Assembly (NCBI GenBank): GCA_963663405.2
Contig: CAXXSM010000132.1
Span: forward strand, 96,001 to 160,000
Direction: 5' to 3'
Origin: a bacterium
GTDB lineage: Bacteria; Hinthialibacterota; Hinthialibacteria; Hinthialibacterales; Hinthialibacteraceae
Length of the DNA: 64,000 nucleotides
Numbering within the stretch: the stretch's first letter is position 1; each line of letters begins with the position of its first letter. Below, piece by piece: positions 49,768 through 60,156 of this stretch. The position numbers were made by a program, and so were the translations under genes. The notes beneath the pieces are model-generated. The model worked only from the letters and a program-made list of their open reading frames with translations, ran no database searches and was not told where the DNA came from.

Positions 49768-51204
49768 ATGATGGTTTATATGAAAATGAATCCACAGATC
49801 TTAATTGTCGATGATGATGAATCCATCCGGGGATTAATCGAAAGCCGGTTGACAGGATTCGGTTATCAAATACATGCGGAGGAGAATGCGGCGGGACTCC
49901 GGCGGGCGCTGCGGGAGCGTTCTTTGAATACAATCCTGCTCGATATCGGTTTGCCGGATGGAAACGGGATCGCTCTAATCAAAGAGATTCACGAATGGGA
50001 GCCGGAACTGCCTGTGATTATCATCACCGCGCATGGGAGTATCGAACAAGCCGTCAAGGCCATGCGGGAAGGCGCCTTCGATTTTATTTCCAAGCCGATC
50101 GATTTTAACCGTCTGGATGTCATCGTAAAAAACGCCGTCGAGCATGACCAACTCAAGCGCCGTGTCCATTCGCTGGAACTCTTCCGGCGGCATCAGTTTT
50201 GCGATTTGATCGGCGGCAGCCCCGAAATGCAGGTGATTTATAACATCATCGAAACCGTCGCTCCCTCCCGCGCTTCCGTTCTCATTACGGGCGAAAGTGG
50301 AACGGGCAAGGAACTCGCCGCTCGCGCCATCCATCAATTATCTCCCCGCCGCGCCGAGGAAATGATCGACGTGAATTGCGCCGCCATTCCAAAAGACCTC
50401 CTTGAAAGCGAGTTGTTCGGACATGAAAAAAATGCGTTTACAGGCGCGAACGACCAATATATTGGACGCTGTGAACGCGCCCATAATTCCACTTTGTTCC
50501 TTGATGAAATCAGCGAGATGGACAGCAATCTCCAAGCGAAACTGCTCCGTTTTTTGCAGGAACTGACCTTTCAACGGATCGGCGGGCGGGAATCCATCAA
50601 AGTCGATACTCGCATCATTACTGCCACTAACCGCGACCCCGCCGAAGCCATCCGCAATCACCAGCTCCGCGAGGATCTATACTACCGGTTGAACGTGGTC
50701 AATATTGCCATGCCTCCGTTGCGGAAACGATCGGAGGATATCCCTTCGTTGGCCGAATTTTTTCTGCGGAAATATTCCGATGAAAACGGCAAAGCCTTTC
50801 GCACGATACCAGATGATACCATGGACGCGATGATGCGCGCCCGTTGGTCCGGCAATGTGCGGGAGTTGGAGAATACCATCTACCAAGCTGTTGTCTTGAA
50901 TGAGGGTACGGTTTTGGAGCGATCCATGCTGCCGGACACTGTCTTTAATGGGATTGAATCACCTTCCAGCCCTCCCACACATACTGTAAGGTCACAGAAT
51001 GTAGAGAATCATACCGGCAATACGTTGGAAATCGTTCCTTTGGACGCATTGGAGCGGCAAGCGATCGAACGAGCCTTGGAGATCACCCAGGGTAACGTCG
51101 GTTTAGCCGCGGCGAAACTGCGGGTGAGTCAGGCGACAATGTATCGAAAAATCCGCGATTACAACTTGAATCTAAAAGCGATTAAAAAAGAAAACTCCGA
51201 TTGA
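49768..51204 (+). CDS. NtrC-family sigma54-type response regulator (REC-AAA+-HTH)
   Basis: VDDD, GESGTGKE, ESELFGHEKNAFTGA, LFLDEI, WSGNVRELEN. Confidence 0.95.
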   Translation: MMVYMKMNPQILIVDDDESIRGLIESRLTGFGYQIHAEENAAGLRRALRERSLNTILLDIGLPDGNGIALIKEIHEWEPELPVIIITAHGSIEQAVKAMREGAFDFISKPIDFNRLDVIVKNAVEHDQLKRRVHSLELFRRHQFCDLIGGSPEMQVIYNIIETVAPSRASVLITGESGTGKELAARAIHQLSPRRAEEMIDVNCAAIPKDLLESELFGHEKNAFTGANDQYIGRCERAHNSTLFLDEISEMDSNLQAKLLRFLQELTFQRIGGRESIKVDTRIITATNRDPAEAIRNHQLREDLYYRLNVVNIAMPPLRKRSEDIPSLAEFFLRKYSDENGKAFRTIPDDTMDAMMRARWSGNVRELENTIYQAVVLNEGTVLERSMLPDTVFNGIESPSSPPTHTVRSQNVENHTGNTLEIVPLDALERQAIERALEITQGNVGLAAAKLRVSQATMYRKIRDYNLNLKAIKKENSD

Positions 51205-51219
51205 CACCTCGCGGTTTTC

Positions 51220-51588
51220 CTATTTTTCACGCAGTAACTCCTCAATCGTTTTCAGGACATCCGCTTGAGAATATGGTTTTAATATAATGCGGTTGATCCC
51301 CATGCCGCGCGCCAGATCGAGTGTGTCACGCTGGGAGGAAGCCGTCACTAAAGCGACTGGCATATCCGGTTTCTTTTCCCGCAAAATAGGAAACACTTCG
51401 AGGCCATTTAGACCGGGCAATTGGTTGTCCAGCAAAAGAAGATCAACAGATTCCGCATCGATTCTTTTCAACAGTTCTTCAGCCGTCGAAAATATAACAA
51501 CCTCATAGCCCTTGAATTCAAGAAGATCGCGTAGATTCTCCCGCAACTCTTCTTCATCATCCACAATCGCAATCCTAGGATTCGGCAT
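51220..51588 (-). CDS. Single-domain response regulator
   Basis: IVDDEE, LLDNQLPGLNG, VTA, LKPY. Confidence 0.9.
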   Translation of the reverse strand: MPNPRIAIVDDEEELRENLRDLLEFKGYEVVIFSTAEELLKRIDAESVDLLLLDNQLPGLNGLEVFPILREKKPDMPVALVTASSQRDTLDLARGMGINRIILKPYSQADVLKTIEELLREK

Positions 51589-51712
51589 TCTCCACTCCTT
51601 TCTCTTGGATGATTCCCATATGTTCAACAATATACGAAAAAATGACGTAATAAATTCCCTGGAATAAAAAAAATATGTATTTATGAAAAGTAAAACGTTG
51701 GAAATGTGGGAA

Positions 51713-52156
51713 TTACTGTGTGTGGATCATTGGAATCGCGTCCGCGATAATTTTCCGGTGATCGAACGCGATCTCAAGTTTTTGATAGGCTTCACTATGA
51801 GGGTTGATCCAGAGAACCGCCTCCGCGTCATCCTGGGCTTGGGCCATCCCGGCTTGATTGACAGAGATGACACAAGCGAGATAAGCGGCGGTGACGGAAT
51901 GCCAGCGCGGATCACGTTTCGGATCGGAATACAGGCCGATCAACCGGTCGATCTCTACGCGCAGGCCGGTTTCTTCTTCGGCTTCACGTAGAGCGCATTG
52001 TTCAACTGTTTCCTCATTCACTTCGAGAAATCCGCCGGGAATCGCATACGCTCCTTGAAATGGATCGTTCTTGCGCCGGATCAAGAGGATCTCTCCCCGC
52101 TCGTTGGGAATCAACATATCTCCCGTAACATTGGGACGTAAAAATTTATCCGTCAT
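51713..52156 (-). CDS. Nudix hydrolase
   Basis: Nudix box GGFLEVNEETVEQCALREAEEETGL; RDPR; AFDH. Confidence 0.93.
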   Translation of the reverse strand: MTDKFLRPNVTGDMLIPNERGEILLIRRKNDPFQGAYAIPGGFLEVNEETVEQCALREAEEETGLRVEIDRLIGLYSDPKRDPRWHSVTAAYLACVISVNQAGMAQAQDDAEAVLWINPHSEAYQKLEIAFDHRKIIADAIPMIHTQ

Positions 52157-52344
52157 GAGAGCAATAGCTTTCCATCCTCACGCATGAGAAAAAAGAACAG
52201 TGAACCCGCGATGGGAAAAACAAGGATCACAATCGTCCAGAAGAGTTTCTGCGCAAGGGGCAGCGGCTCTCTCCAGCAACCGGCTAAACCTGCCCCCATC
52301 GCCAAAAAGAACAGTAAATATATGCTCAATACCCAGAGGTCCAT
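52153..52344 (-). CDS. Small PLDc_N-like membrane protein
   Basis: KLFWTIVILVFPIAGSLFFF; coupled to topA and Nudix. Confidence 0.7.
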   Translation of the reverse strand: MDLWVLSIYLLFFLAMGAGLAGCWREPLPLAQKLFWTIVILVFPIAGSLFFFLMREDGKLLLS

Positions 52345-54788
52345 TAGGAGCCGCCTTCTGCTTTGGAATCAGCGTTGTCCTTTTCTTCGCTCGTATTGGC
52401 GCCGGGGATTTCACCAGGCTGGGCCTCACGGGAATACCCGCATTCCTTGACCGTGCATTTAATCGTCGGCCCTTTGCGTTTGTAGTCTTTGAAGACTAAA
52501 AACGGATTCCCGCATTGAGGGCATTTTTCGGGAATAGGCCGATCCCACGAGACAAAATTGCAATCTGGATACTTCCCGCACCCAAAGAACACACGGCCCC
52601 GTTTCGATCGCCGTTCGACAACGTCTCCATCACAGCCTGGCAATGGGCATTTAATCCCTGTCGGCAGCGGTTTGGTGTTTTTACACTTTGGGTAAGCCGA
52701 ACAGGCCATAAAACTGCCATAACGCCCTGGACGGATGACCATTTTCTCTCCGCATTTATCGCAAACCTCATCTGTCTCGATAATTTCCGTCTCACTCAAT
52801 GAGGCGGTGTAATCACAGTCTGGATAGCCCGTGCAGGCGATGAACCAATTGGTCCGCCCCCATTTCTTGACGAGAGGCTTTCCACATTTGGGGCAGGCTT
52901 CATCCGTCGGCTGCTGGAGATTGCGCAACGCTTCTCCAAAGCCTTTAACCGCGTTCTCCAAGTCCTTCGAGAAGGGGGTATAGAAATCGCTCAACAACTG
53001 GACCCAATCCGCTTTCCCGTCTTCCACCTCATCCAGTTTATTCTCAACACCGGCGGTGAAACCGACTTCAACAATATCGGGAAATGTCGCCACGAGCACC
53101 TTATTCACGACTTCCCCCAACGGTGTGGAGTAGAAGCGTTTCTCTTTCCGCTCCATATACTGCCGGTCGACCAGCGTTTTAACGATTGACGCGTAGGTGC
53201 TGGGCCGCCCGATGCCGTCTTTTTCCAATTCACGTATCAAAGAGGCGTCATTAAACCGGGCTGGAGGCCGTGTGAAGTGCTGTTCGGGATCGATCTCGAC
53301 AGCCTTGAGCGATTCGCCTTCTTTCAACTGGGGCAGCAGCTGATCTTTTTGGTCGTTGGCCTCACGATAAACACGGGTATAGCCGTCAAAGGTCAGGATC
53401 GAACCGGTCGCTTTAAAGACATATGAATCATCCTGGATAAAAATGACCGTGGAGAGATACTCCGCTGGTTTCATCTGACAGGCCAGGAAGCGTTTCCAGA
53501 TAAGATCGTATAATTTCGCCTGATCGCCTTTCAAATACTTTTTTACTTTATCAGGGGAATGGACTTCATTAATATACGTTGGACGGATCGCTTCGTGCGC
53601 GTCCTGCGCCTTTTTGCTGGTTTTATAGACGTTGGGAGATTCTGGAAGGTAGTCTTCCCCCATAGCGGAGGCGATATACTCCCGCCCCATCTGAACCGCT
53701 TCGTTGGCGATGCGTACGGAATCGGTTCGCATGTAGGTAATTAAACCCACCGTTTCATCACCGATGTCGATCCCCTCATAGAGTCCCTGCGCCGCCCGCA
53801 TGGTTCGGTCACCGGTAAAGCCGAGGAGCCGGGAAGCGTCCTGTTGTAATGTGCTGGTGATATAAGGCGCGGGGGGACGGCGGGTGCGTTTACGGCTTTC
53901 GATCTTGTCGAGATGATAGTCCGCCTGTTTCAGCGATTCGAGAAGGGCGTTGGATTGTTCGACGGTTTGAATGTGAAGTGTGTTTTTTTCTTCTTTTTCC
54001 CCATTCTCATCGCCGGTTTCTTCTTCGCCCTGATGACTGATGATTTTTGAATCGACGCTGTACAGCTCCGCCTTGATCTGTTGTTCGTCAGCGTTTTGAA
54101 AGACGCCATGAATTGTCCAGTATTCAACCGGTTTGAACGCCCGGATTTCTTCTTCCCGCTCGCAAACGAGCCTTAGCGCCACGGATTGTACCCGCCCTGC
54201 TGAAAGTGGTTTATTATTACGGGTTACTGAGCGGGTTAGCAGTGGACTGATTTTATATCCCACCAACCGGTCCAAGATCCGACGAGCCTGTTGGGCGTTA
54301 ACCAGATCCATATCGATATGCCCGGCGTTTTGTATCGCCGCCTGCACCGCTTGCTTGGTGATTTCATTAAACGTAACTCGGTGAATGTTCGCGGCGTCCA
54401 CTTTTTCTTGCAGCAATTCAGCCAGATGCCAGGAAATGGCTTCTCCTTCGCGGTCCGGGTCCGGCGCCAGATAGACGCTTTCACTATCCGTCGCCAGTTT
54501 TTGGAGTTTTTTGACGGTTTTTTCTTGATCTTCGCCCGTCACATATGTCGGTTGGAACCGGTTTTCGAGATCAACACCCAAATCTTTCTGGGGGAGATCG
54601 CGCACATGTCCCATCGAAGCCGTCACATGATAATCGGATCCGAGAAATTTATTAATCGTCTTCGCTTTGGCGGGTGATTCGACGATCACTAAGGAAGACG
54701 GCTTTGATTTCGGCTTTGCTGACACCGTTTTCTTTTTCGCTGTAGCTTTCTTTTCCGTTGTAGTTTTTTTCGTTGTAGTTTTTGGCAC
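52344..54788 (-). CDS. topA: DNA topoisomerase I with C-terminal zinc ribbons
   Basis: LVIVESPAKAKTI, DPDREGEAI, SAGRVQS, ITYMRTDS, GIGRPSTYA. Confidence 0.98.
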   Translation of the reverse strand: MPKTTTKKTTTEKKATAKKKTVSAKPKSKPSSLVIVESPAKAKTINKFLGSDYHVTASMGHVRDLPQKDLGVDLENRFQPTYVTGEDQEKTVKKLQKLATDSESVYLAPDPDREGEAISWHLAELLQEKVDAANIHRVTFNEITKQAVQAAIQNAGHIDMDLVNAQQARRILDRLVGYKISPLLTRSVTRNNKPLSAGRVQSVALRLVCEREEEIRAFKPVEYWTIHGVFQNADEQQIKAELYSVDSKIISHQGEEETGDENGEKEEKNTLHIQTVEQSNALLESLKQADYHLDKIESRKRTRRPPAPYITSTLQQDASRLLGFTGDRTMRAAQGLYEGIDIGDETVGLITYMRTDSVRIANEAVQMGREYIASAMGEDYLPESPNVYKTSKKAQDAHEAIRPTYINEVHSPDKVKKYLKGDQAKLYDLIWKRFLACQMKPAEYLSTVIFIQDDSYVFKATGSILTFDGYTRVYREANDQKDQLLPQLKEGESLKAVEIDPEQHFTRPPARFNDASLIRELEKDGIGRPSTYASIVKTLVDRQYMERKEKRFYSTPLGEVVNKVLVATFPDIVEVGFTAGVENKLDEVEDGKADWVQLLSDFYTPFSKDLENAVKGFGEALRNLQQPTDEACPKCGKPLVKKWGRTNWFIACTGYPDCDYTASLSETEIIETDEVCDKCGEKMVIRPGRYGSFMACSAYPKCKNTKPLPTGIKCPLPGCDGDVVERRSKRGRVFFGCGKYPDCNFVSWDRPIPEKCPQCGNPFLVFKDYKRKGPTIKCTVKECGYSREAQPGEIPGANTSEEKDNADSKAEGGS

Positions 54789-55151
54789 TATTATTCCTCC
54801 AACTGATATCCGAGATTGATTCTCTGCGTATCAATCGGTGTGTATTTCATAATTGTATCTCTTTCAAGAGCATAAACGGCAAAAAGCCGGAATCCACTCA
54901 AATTTGAGGGTGGACTTAATACTGACTTGTTAGCCAGAGTTTTTTTAACGGAGTATAGCTCACTATCTACCTAAGACGGAAGCAAATTCCTCCTATGGAT
55001 GAATGCAATCTAAATGTGAATTTGCAGATTAGCCTTATTAAGAATCAAATGCGCACGCTTAGACTTTTAGAAAACATAGCCCATCATTCAAAAACAGTGT
55101 AGGGGAATCCGCCACACCGGCCGCCGTCTCATTCAAATCCAAAAAATCGTA

Positions 55152-55925
55152 TCAAACAAGGTCAGTAGATAACCGGATAACTTTATCCACTTCTTCCTGA
55201 CTGAGTACTCTCCATTGGCCGGCCGGAAGATCACCGAGTGATACCGGACCGATTTTCAAGCGGATTAACGAGACAACCGAAAGCCCCACCTCTTTACACA
55301 TCCGCCGGATCTGCCGATTCCGTCCTTCCCGGATTTTCAATCGAAACGATCTCCCCTCATCCTTTTCCGGCGCTGGTTTCGACAATTGAGCCGGTAATGT
55401 GCGTTTCCCATCGATTAGGACGCCGTTTGTAAGAAGATCCTCTGCTTTTTGTGATAATGGGCGGTCAACTTGCACAAGATATTCCTTCCATACCTGGTGG
55501 CTTGGGTGCAGTAAAATCCGCGACCAATCCCCATCATTGGTTAACAGCAGTAATCCTTCCGAATCCATATCCAACCGCCCGGCCGGAAAGAGACCGGCTT
55601 GTTTGAATTCCGAAGGCAGTAGATCCATTACTATCGGACGCCCTTGTGGATCATCCCGCGTGGTCACATATCCTCGAGGCTTATTCAGGGCGAGGTAAAG
55701 GGCTTCCGGCGCGGCGCGTAAAACGGTTCCATCGACGGCAACCCGCTGGGAGGCTGGATCAATCCGCGTCCCCAGTTGACGGCATGTCACCCCATCGACC
55801 GATACGCGGCCCGCCTCGATCCATTCATCCGCCTTTCGGCGTGAACAAAGCCCATGCCGGGCAATCAATTGATTAAGCCGGACGGTCGCTGTCTGGGGAG
55901 GTTGTTTCCTCTTGGGTTGAGTCAT
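55152..55925 (-). CDS. rluB: RsuA/RluB-family pseudouridine synthase
   Basis: S4 domain SRRKAD, LNKPRG, GRLDMDSEGLLLLTNDG, EGRNRQIRRM; follows scpAB. Confidence 0.88.
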   Translation of the reverse strand: MTQPKRKQPPQTATVRLNQLIARHGLCSRRKADEWIEAGRVSVDGVTCRQLGTRIDPASQRVAVDGTVLRAAPEALYLALNKPRGYVTTRDDPQGRPIVMDLLPSEFKQAGLFPAGRLDMDSEGLLLLTNDGDWSRILLHPSHQVWKEYLVQVDRPLSQKAEDLLTNGVLIDGKRTLPAQLSKPAPEKDEGRSFRLKIREGRNRQIRRMCKEVGLSVVSLIRLKIGPVSLGDLPAGQWRVLSQEEVDKVIRLSTDLV

Positions 55926-56613
55926 TTTCAACTTGCGTTTCTACCGGATCCGGATCAGCGGGAGATGCGTCTTCATTTTCAGATTCATCCACCTGACTCT
56001 TTTGAGAATCTCCAGATTCCGCAGGCGCCTGTCCGGTTTCGCTGGACGTTTCTTCCCCTTCCATCGCGGAGACGCTGGAAAACGTATCGGAAAGTTGCTC
56101 GACGGGGGGGAGATCATCGAGTGAATTTATTCCAAAATATTCCAGGAACTTTTTCGTTGTGCCATATAAATTGGGCCGTCCAGGTACTTCCTTGGCTCCA
56201 ACGACTTTGATCAAGCGTTTATCCAGCAGGGATTTTAATACGCCATCCACCCCCACTCCTCGGATCGCTTCAATCTCGGCGCGGGTCAAGGGCTGTTTGT
56301 AGGCGACAATCGCGACCGTTTCCATCGCTGGGCCACTCAGTACGCTTTTCCGTTTCCGTTCAAGAAAACGATTGATGAAAACGCTGTGTGTGGGCCGTGT
56401 ACGCAGCTGATAGCCACCGGCCACTTCCATCACTTGAATTCCTGCGCCGGTTTCCAGGTACCGCGCGGACAAATCATCGATGGCGGAGCAAATCTCGTCT
56501 TTCGGCATATCCAGCACATCTTGCAACCGTTTCAACGGGAGCGGATCACCCGCGACGAATATCAACGCTTCGATGGCGCCAATCAATTGTTCTCGGTCTT
56601 GTATCTCACTCAT
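55873..56613 (-). CDS. scpB: SMC-Scp complex subunit ScpB
   Basis: IEALIFVA, VAGGYQLRT, AYKQPLTRAEIEAIRGV, GRPNLYGTT. Confidence 0.96.
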   Translation of the reverse strand: MSEIQDREQLIGAIEALIFVAGDPLPLKRLQDVLDMPKDEICSAIDDLSARYLETGAGIQVMEVAGGYQLRTRPTHSVFINRFLERKRKSVLSGPAMETVAIVAYKQPLTRAEIEAIRGVGVDGVLKSLLDKRLIKVVGAKEVPGRPNLYGTTKKFLEYFGINSLDDLPPVEQLSDTFSSVSAMEGEETSSETGQAPAESGDSQKSQVDESENEDASPADPDPVETQVENDSTQEETTSPDSDRPA

Positions 56614-56687
56614 TGTATTGTTCAACGCAGAATGTAGGACCCACGATTTCAAACCCCACGCGATTTTTTATTCCAAATAAATATATA

Positions 56688-57665
56688 TTATTCCAGTTCT
56701 TCATCAGCGGATTCTTCTTCGTCCGCTGTATTCTCTTCGGAGGATGTCTTGAGATTCTCCCCTTTCTCTAGGAAAATCTCTCCGTGGTTCTGATCTTGAT
56801 ACGCCTTGACTTCATGCAGGCGAATCATCTCCAGCAAGGCAAGGAAAACGACAATCACTTCGAGTTTGGCTTTCAATGTAGTCAAATAAGAATACAACGA
56901 AATTCGTTCGTTATGGATGATCAACGCAGCGATCTCAAGCATTTTTTCATCCACGGAATACGATTCACCCGTAATAACACGCCCTTCGGCGGTTCCGATT
57001 TCCTCCAGAATTCTCTGAAATGTGCTCGCGAGATCGTATACGCTGACCTCTGTGTACTCCACTACGTTCCGCGCCCCTTCCGGGGAAGGGCCGACACGGG
57101 AGAACAGGGCGGCGCTCTCTTCTTCACGAGCGCGCAATTCATCCGCCAATGCGCGGAACCGTTCGTATTCCTGCCGGCGTTCTTCCAGCAGCCGGTCGGA
57201 GATTTCTTCTTCTTCCTCTTCGATTTCTTCCCTTGGTAAGAGGGCGCGGGTTTTATACCGAACCAGTAATGCGGCTAATACCAGATATTCACCCGCCAAA
57301 TCAAGGTCTTTTTCTTTCCATTCCCGCACTTGGTTCAGGAATTCATCCGTAATGGAGGCGATGGATATCGTGAAAATATCCATCTCATGTTTGGCGATCA
57401 AATGCACCAGCAAGTCCATTGGACCAGTGAATCCCGGCACATTGACGGGCAGACGCGCCGCCAGCGTATTTGTTGTCCCCGCCGGTTGTTTCGAATTGGA
57501 CGCTTCGTTCGGACTGGATTCTTCTGATTGAGCCGGGATTTCGTCTGGCTTAGGTTCTTCTGCCTGGATAGACGCTTCGTCCGGGCTGGGCTCTTCTATT
57601 TGAGCCGGCGTTTCGTCTGGAGAACGTTGTATCTCTTGGGATTCATCCGCAGCCAATGGGCGCAT
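56688..57665 (-). CDS. scpA: Segregation/condensation protein ScpA with N-terminal tandem repeats
   Basis: FTGPMDLLVHLI, AGEYLVLAA, FLALLEMIR. Confidence 0.93.
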   Translation of the reverse strand: MRPLAADESQEIQRSPDETPAQIEEPSPDEASIQAEEPKPDEIPAQSEESSPNEASNSKQPAGTTNTLAARLPVNVPGFTGPMDLLVHLIAKHEMDIFTISIASITDEFLNQVREWKEKDLDLAGEYLVLAALLVRYKTRALLPREEIEEEEEEISDRLLEERRQEYERFRALADELRAREEESAALFSRVGPSPEGARNVVEYTEVSVYDLASTFQRILEEIGTAEGRVITGESYSVDEKMLEIAALIIHNERISLYSYLTTLKAKLEVIVVFLALLEMIRLHEVKAYQDQNHGEIFLEKGENLKTSSEENTADEEESADEELE

Positions 57666-57865
57666 TCCACACTTTCATAGTTTGATGACCGCTGGGTCCA
57701 TGACTATCTCGGTGATTCTATTCTGAAATTATAATAGCGGAAGGACCCGAACTCCGATCCTCATTTTTTACCTTGATTGTATATCGATTGAATCAGGAGG
57801 CCAACACACTCGTACACGCAACAATATCGACATTGAAGATCTCTTGTTTTCAAAGAATAAGGAGA

Positions 57866-58819
57866 ATGAATGTGAAACGATTTACCCTGTTTTTCTTGAT
57901 GTATTACACTACAGCAAGTTTTCTTACTCACGCGCAGGAAATCCATTTAGATAAATACAAGAACCAGCCACAAACCATCACGAAAATCCGTGTCGCTTCT
58001 GTATCCGTCTTTCCAGAAAAATGGGAAAAAGAGATCAATTGGAACCGTATCGAACATCTCGTCCGGAAAGCAAAGGAAGAATTAAACGCCCAAGTGGTTG
58101 TTACGCCCGAAGGCGCGCTGGAAGGTTACGTCATCAATCAGGTCAATAAAACCGAAGATCCACAAGAGAAAGAGACCATCGTAGAGAAATTCAAACAGTT
58201 GGGAGAACCGCTCAACGGCCCCTATATCCAAAAAGCCCGCGCCTTGTCGGATGAACTGAACGTTTTTTTCGCGCTGGGTTTTTTAGAACGGCGTGGAGAC
58301 CGGCTCTTCAATTCCGTCATTCTGATTGATCCTGATGGGGACATCATCGCCCGGTACAGTAAAACTCATTTCGCGCAGGGCTATACGATCAATCCATCCT
58401 GCTATACGGCGGGGGATGAATATCCAGTGTTTGACACGCCGTTTGGAAAAGCAGCCTTCCTGATCTGTTACGACCGCCAACTCCCTGAACCGGCTCGAAT
58501 CCTGGCCCTCAAAGGCGCGCAAATTCTCTTTTTTCCCTCTTACGGCAGCTACACAGACCGCGACGGCTGGAACACGGTCCTGCTTCGAACCCGCGCCTAT
58601 GAAAATCGAATGCCACTCGTCTTCTCTCACCCCAACCAGAGTTTATTAATCGATCGTAAAGGCAAACTCGTCAAAATCGGCGAAGCCGGCGAAACCGTCT
58701 GCTATGAAATAGACACCTCCCCCGAAAAATACAAAGACCGCTTCCGCAACCGCCGCCCAGGAACGTATACACCGCTGACGGACGGTCCCGATCCTGCGGC
58801 GCCGGGCAATCAAAGATAA
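57866..58819 (+). CDS. Secreted carbon-nitrogen hydrolase (nitrilase superfamily)
   Basis: E-K-C triad motifs TPEG, YSKTH, ICYDR; signal-peptide-like start after SD aaggag. Confidence 0.9.
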   Translation: MNVKRFTLFFLMYYTTASFLTHAQEIHLDKYKNQPQTITKIRVASVSVFPEKWEKEINWNRIEHLVRKAKEELNAQVVVTPEGALEGYVINQVNKTEDPQEKETIVEKFKQLGEPLNGPYIQKARALSDELNVFFALGFLERRGDRLFNSVILIDPDGDIIARYSKTHFAQGYTINPSCYTAGDEYPVFDTPFGKAAFLICYDRQLPEPARILALKGAQILFFPSYGSYTDRDGWNTVLLRTRAYENRMPLVFSHPNQSLLIDRKGKLVKIGEAGETVCYEIDTSPEKYKDRFRNRRPGTYTPLTDGPDPAAPGNQR

Positions 58820-58848
58820 ATCAAGTACATAGAGGAAAGAGGTGGATC

Positions 58849-59184
58849 ATGAAACAAATAAAAGGCGTGGACGCGCTGGATGTTCTGAGGGATCGATATG
58901 GTATTGAACCTGATGACGAGGATGTTGTTGAAGCCCATGAGCAAATGATGGTTGCCCAGATGATCTATGACGCCCGCATAGAAGCGGGTTTAACGCAACA
59001 AGAACTGGCCGACCTTATCGGTACCCAGCAATCCGTCATTTCCCGATTGGAAGACGCGGATTATGAAGGACACTCTCTTCCAATGCTACGCAAAATCGCT
59101 CGCGCTTTGAAAAAACAGGTTCAAATCCGATTCGTACCCATTGAAAACCAAACCAAGGCATCCGAATTACATCCTGTACGCTAG
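58849..59184 (+). CDS. Orphan XRE/HigA-like antitoxin
   Basis: GLTQQELADLIGTQQSVISRLEDADYEGHSL; no toxin gene upstream. Confidence 0.88.
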   Translation: MKQIKGVDALDVLRDRYGIEPDDEDVVEAHEQMMVAQMIYDARIEAGLTQQELADLIGTQQSVISRLEDADYEGHSLPMLRKIARALKKQVQIRFVPIENQTKASELHPVR

Positions 59185-59290
59185 GCAATCAAATTTTCTG
59201 CTCTACATTTTTTTAAAATTTTGTTATGTAAATCATACATTTATTGCAATGTGTTTTTGTGCATAATCTTTAGATTAACCACTTATTTAC

Positions 59291-59320
59291 TTGATTTAAT
59301 TATAACAATATTGTTATAAT
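59291..59320 (+). promoter_or_regulatory. Promoter with a perfect 22-bp palindromic operator
   Basis: attataacaatattgttataat (59299-59320) contains -10 TATAAT; TTGATT at 59291. Confidence 0.75.
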
Positions 59321-59338
59321 CTTGAGAAAGGGTGATCT

Positions 59339-59712
59339 ATGCCGGAAACGCGTTTGCTTCTTTATAGCATAGCGAAAAAGATGGAACCGTGCCGTTGCTG
59401 GATTGGTTTTATCACATTCCAAAAAAAGCCGTCGCTAAATGCCGCGATCGAATAAAGAGATTGAAAGAACGGGGGCATGAGTTACGACGGCCACATGCTG
59501 ATTATTTAAGGGATGATATTTACGAATTGAGAGCGTCCTTGCAAGGTGTTCAATACCGCATGCTTTATTTTTTTTATGGAAATACCGCTGTGGTGATTTC
59601 TCATGGGATCGTGAAAGAAAAAAAGGTATCCCCGAAAGAAATTGACCGAGCCGTTGAAAGAAGAAAAACATTTTTGAAAAATCCAAAACAACATATGTAC
59701 GAGGAGATATGA
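59339..59712 (+). pseudogene. RelE/HigB (Gp49-like) toxin frameshifted by a 5-bp duplication
   Basis: ATAGC-ATAGC at 59364-59373; removing one copy gives MPETRLLLYSEKDGTVPLLDWF..LRRPHADYLRDDIYELR. Confidence 0.8.
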
Positions 59713-60059
59713 TCGTGAGAAAGCGGGAACCGACCACTGATGGAGAAGAAATCATACACCGCCTGTTTTTTGAAGGAAAACCGGAAATGTTGGCGCTGCT
59801 TGAAGAAGAAAGAGTGAATGCCGATATTGCGCAGATAATCTATGATTTACGGAAAGAAGCGAGTTTAACTCAACAGGAACTGGCCGATTTAATCGGAACC
59901 AAGCAAGCCGTTATTGCCCGTCTGGAAGACGCGGACTATGAAGGCCATTCTCTTTCTATGCTGCGCCGGATTGCCGCAGCCCTGAATAAAAAGGTTAAGA
60001 TTGAATTTGTACCTATCGAAAACCGAGCCAAAACATCCGAATTACATCCTGTTCGCTAG
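59709..60059 (+). CDS. XRE/HigA-like antitoxin
   Basis: LTQQELADLIGTKQAVIARLEDADYEGHSL; ATGA-coupled to the toxin. Confidence 0.9.
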   Translation: MIVRKREPTTDGEEIIHRLFFEGKPEMLALLEEERVNADIAQIIYDLRKEASLTQQELADLIGTKQAVIARLEDADYEGHSLSMLRRIAAALNKKVKIEFVPIENRAKTSELHPVR

Positions 60060-60130
60060 TCTATCAAATTTCCTGAACGACTTGTTTCTTTAAATTATTA
60101 TTGTTACGCAAAATGAACGAGCGGGATTTA

Positions 60131-60156
60131 ATGGAGGGCGGGCGTCTCGCCCGCAA
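60131..60156 (+). repeat. REP-like hairpin (copy 2)
   Basis: atggagggcgggcgtctcgcccgc with gcgggcg/cgcccgc stem. Confidence 0.55.
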
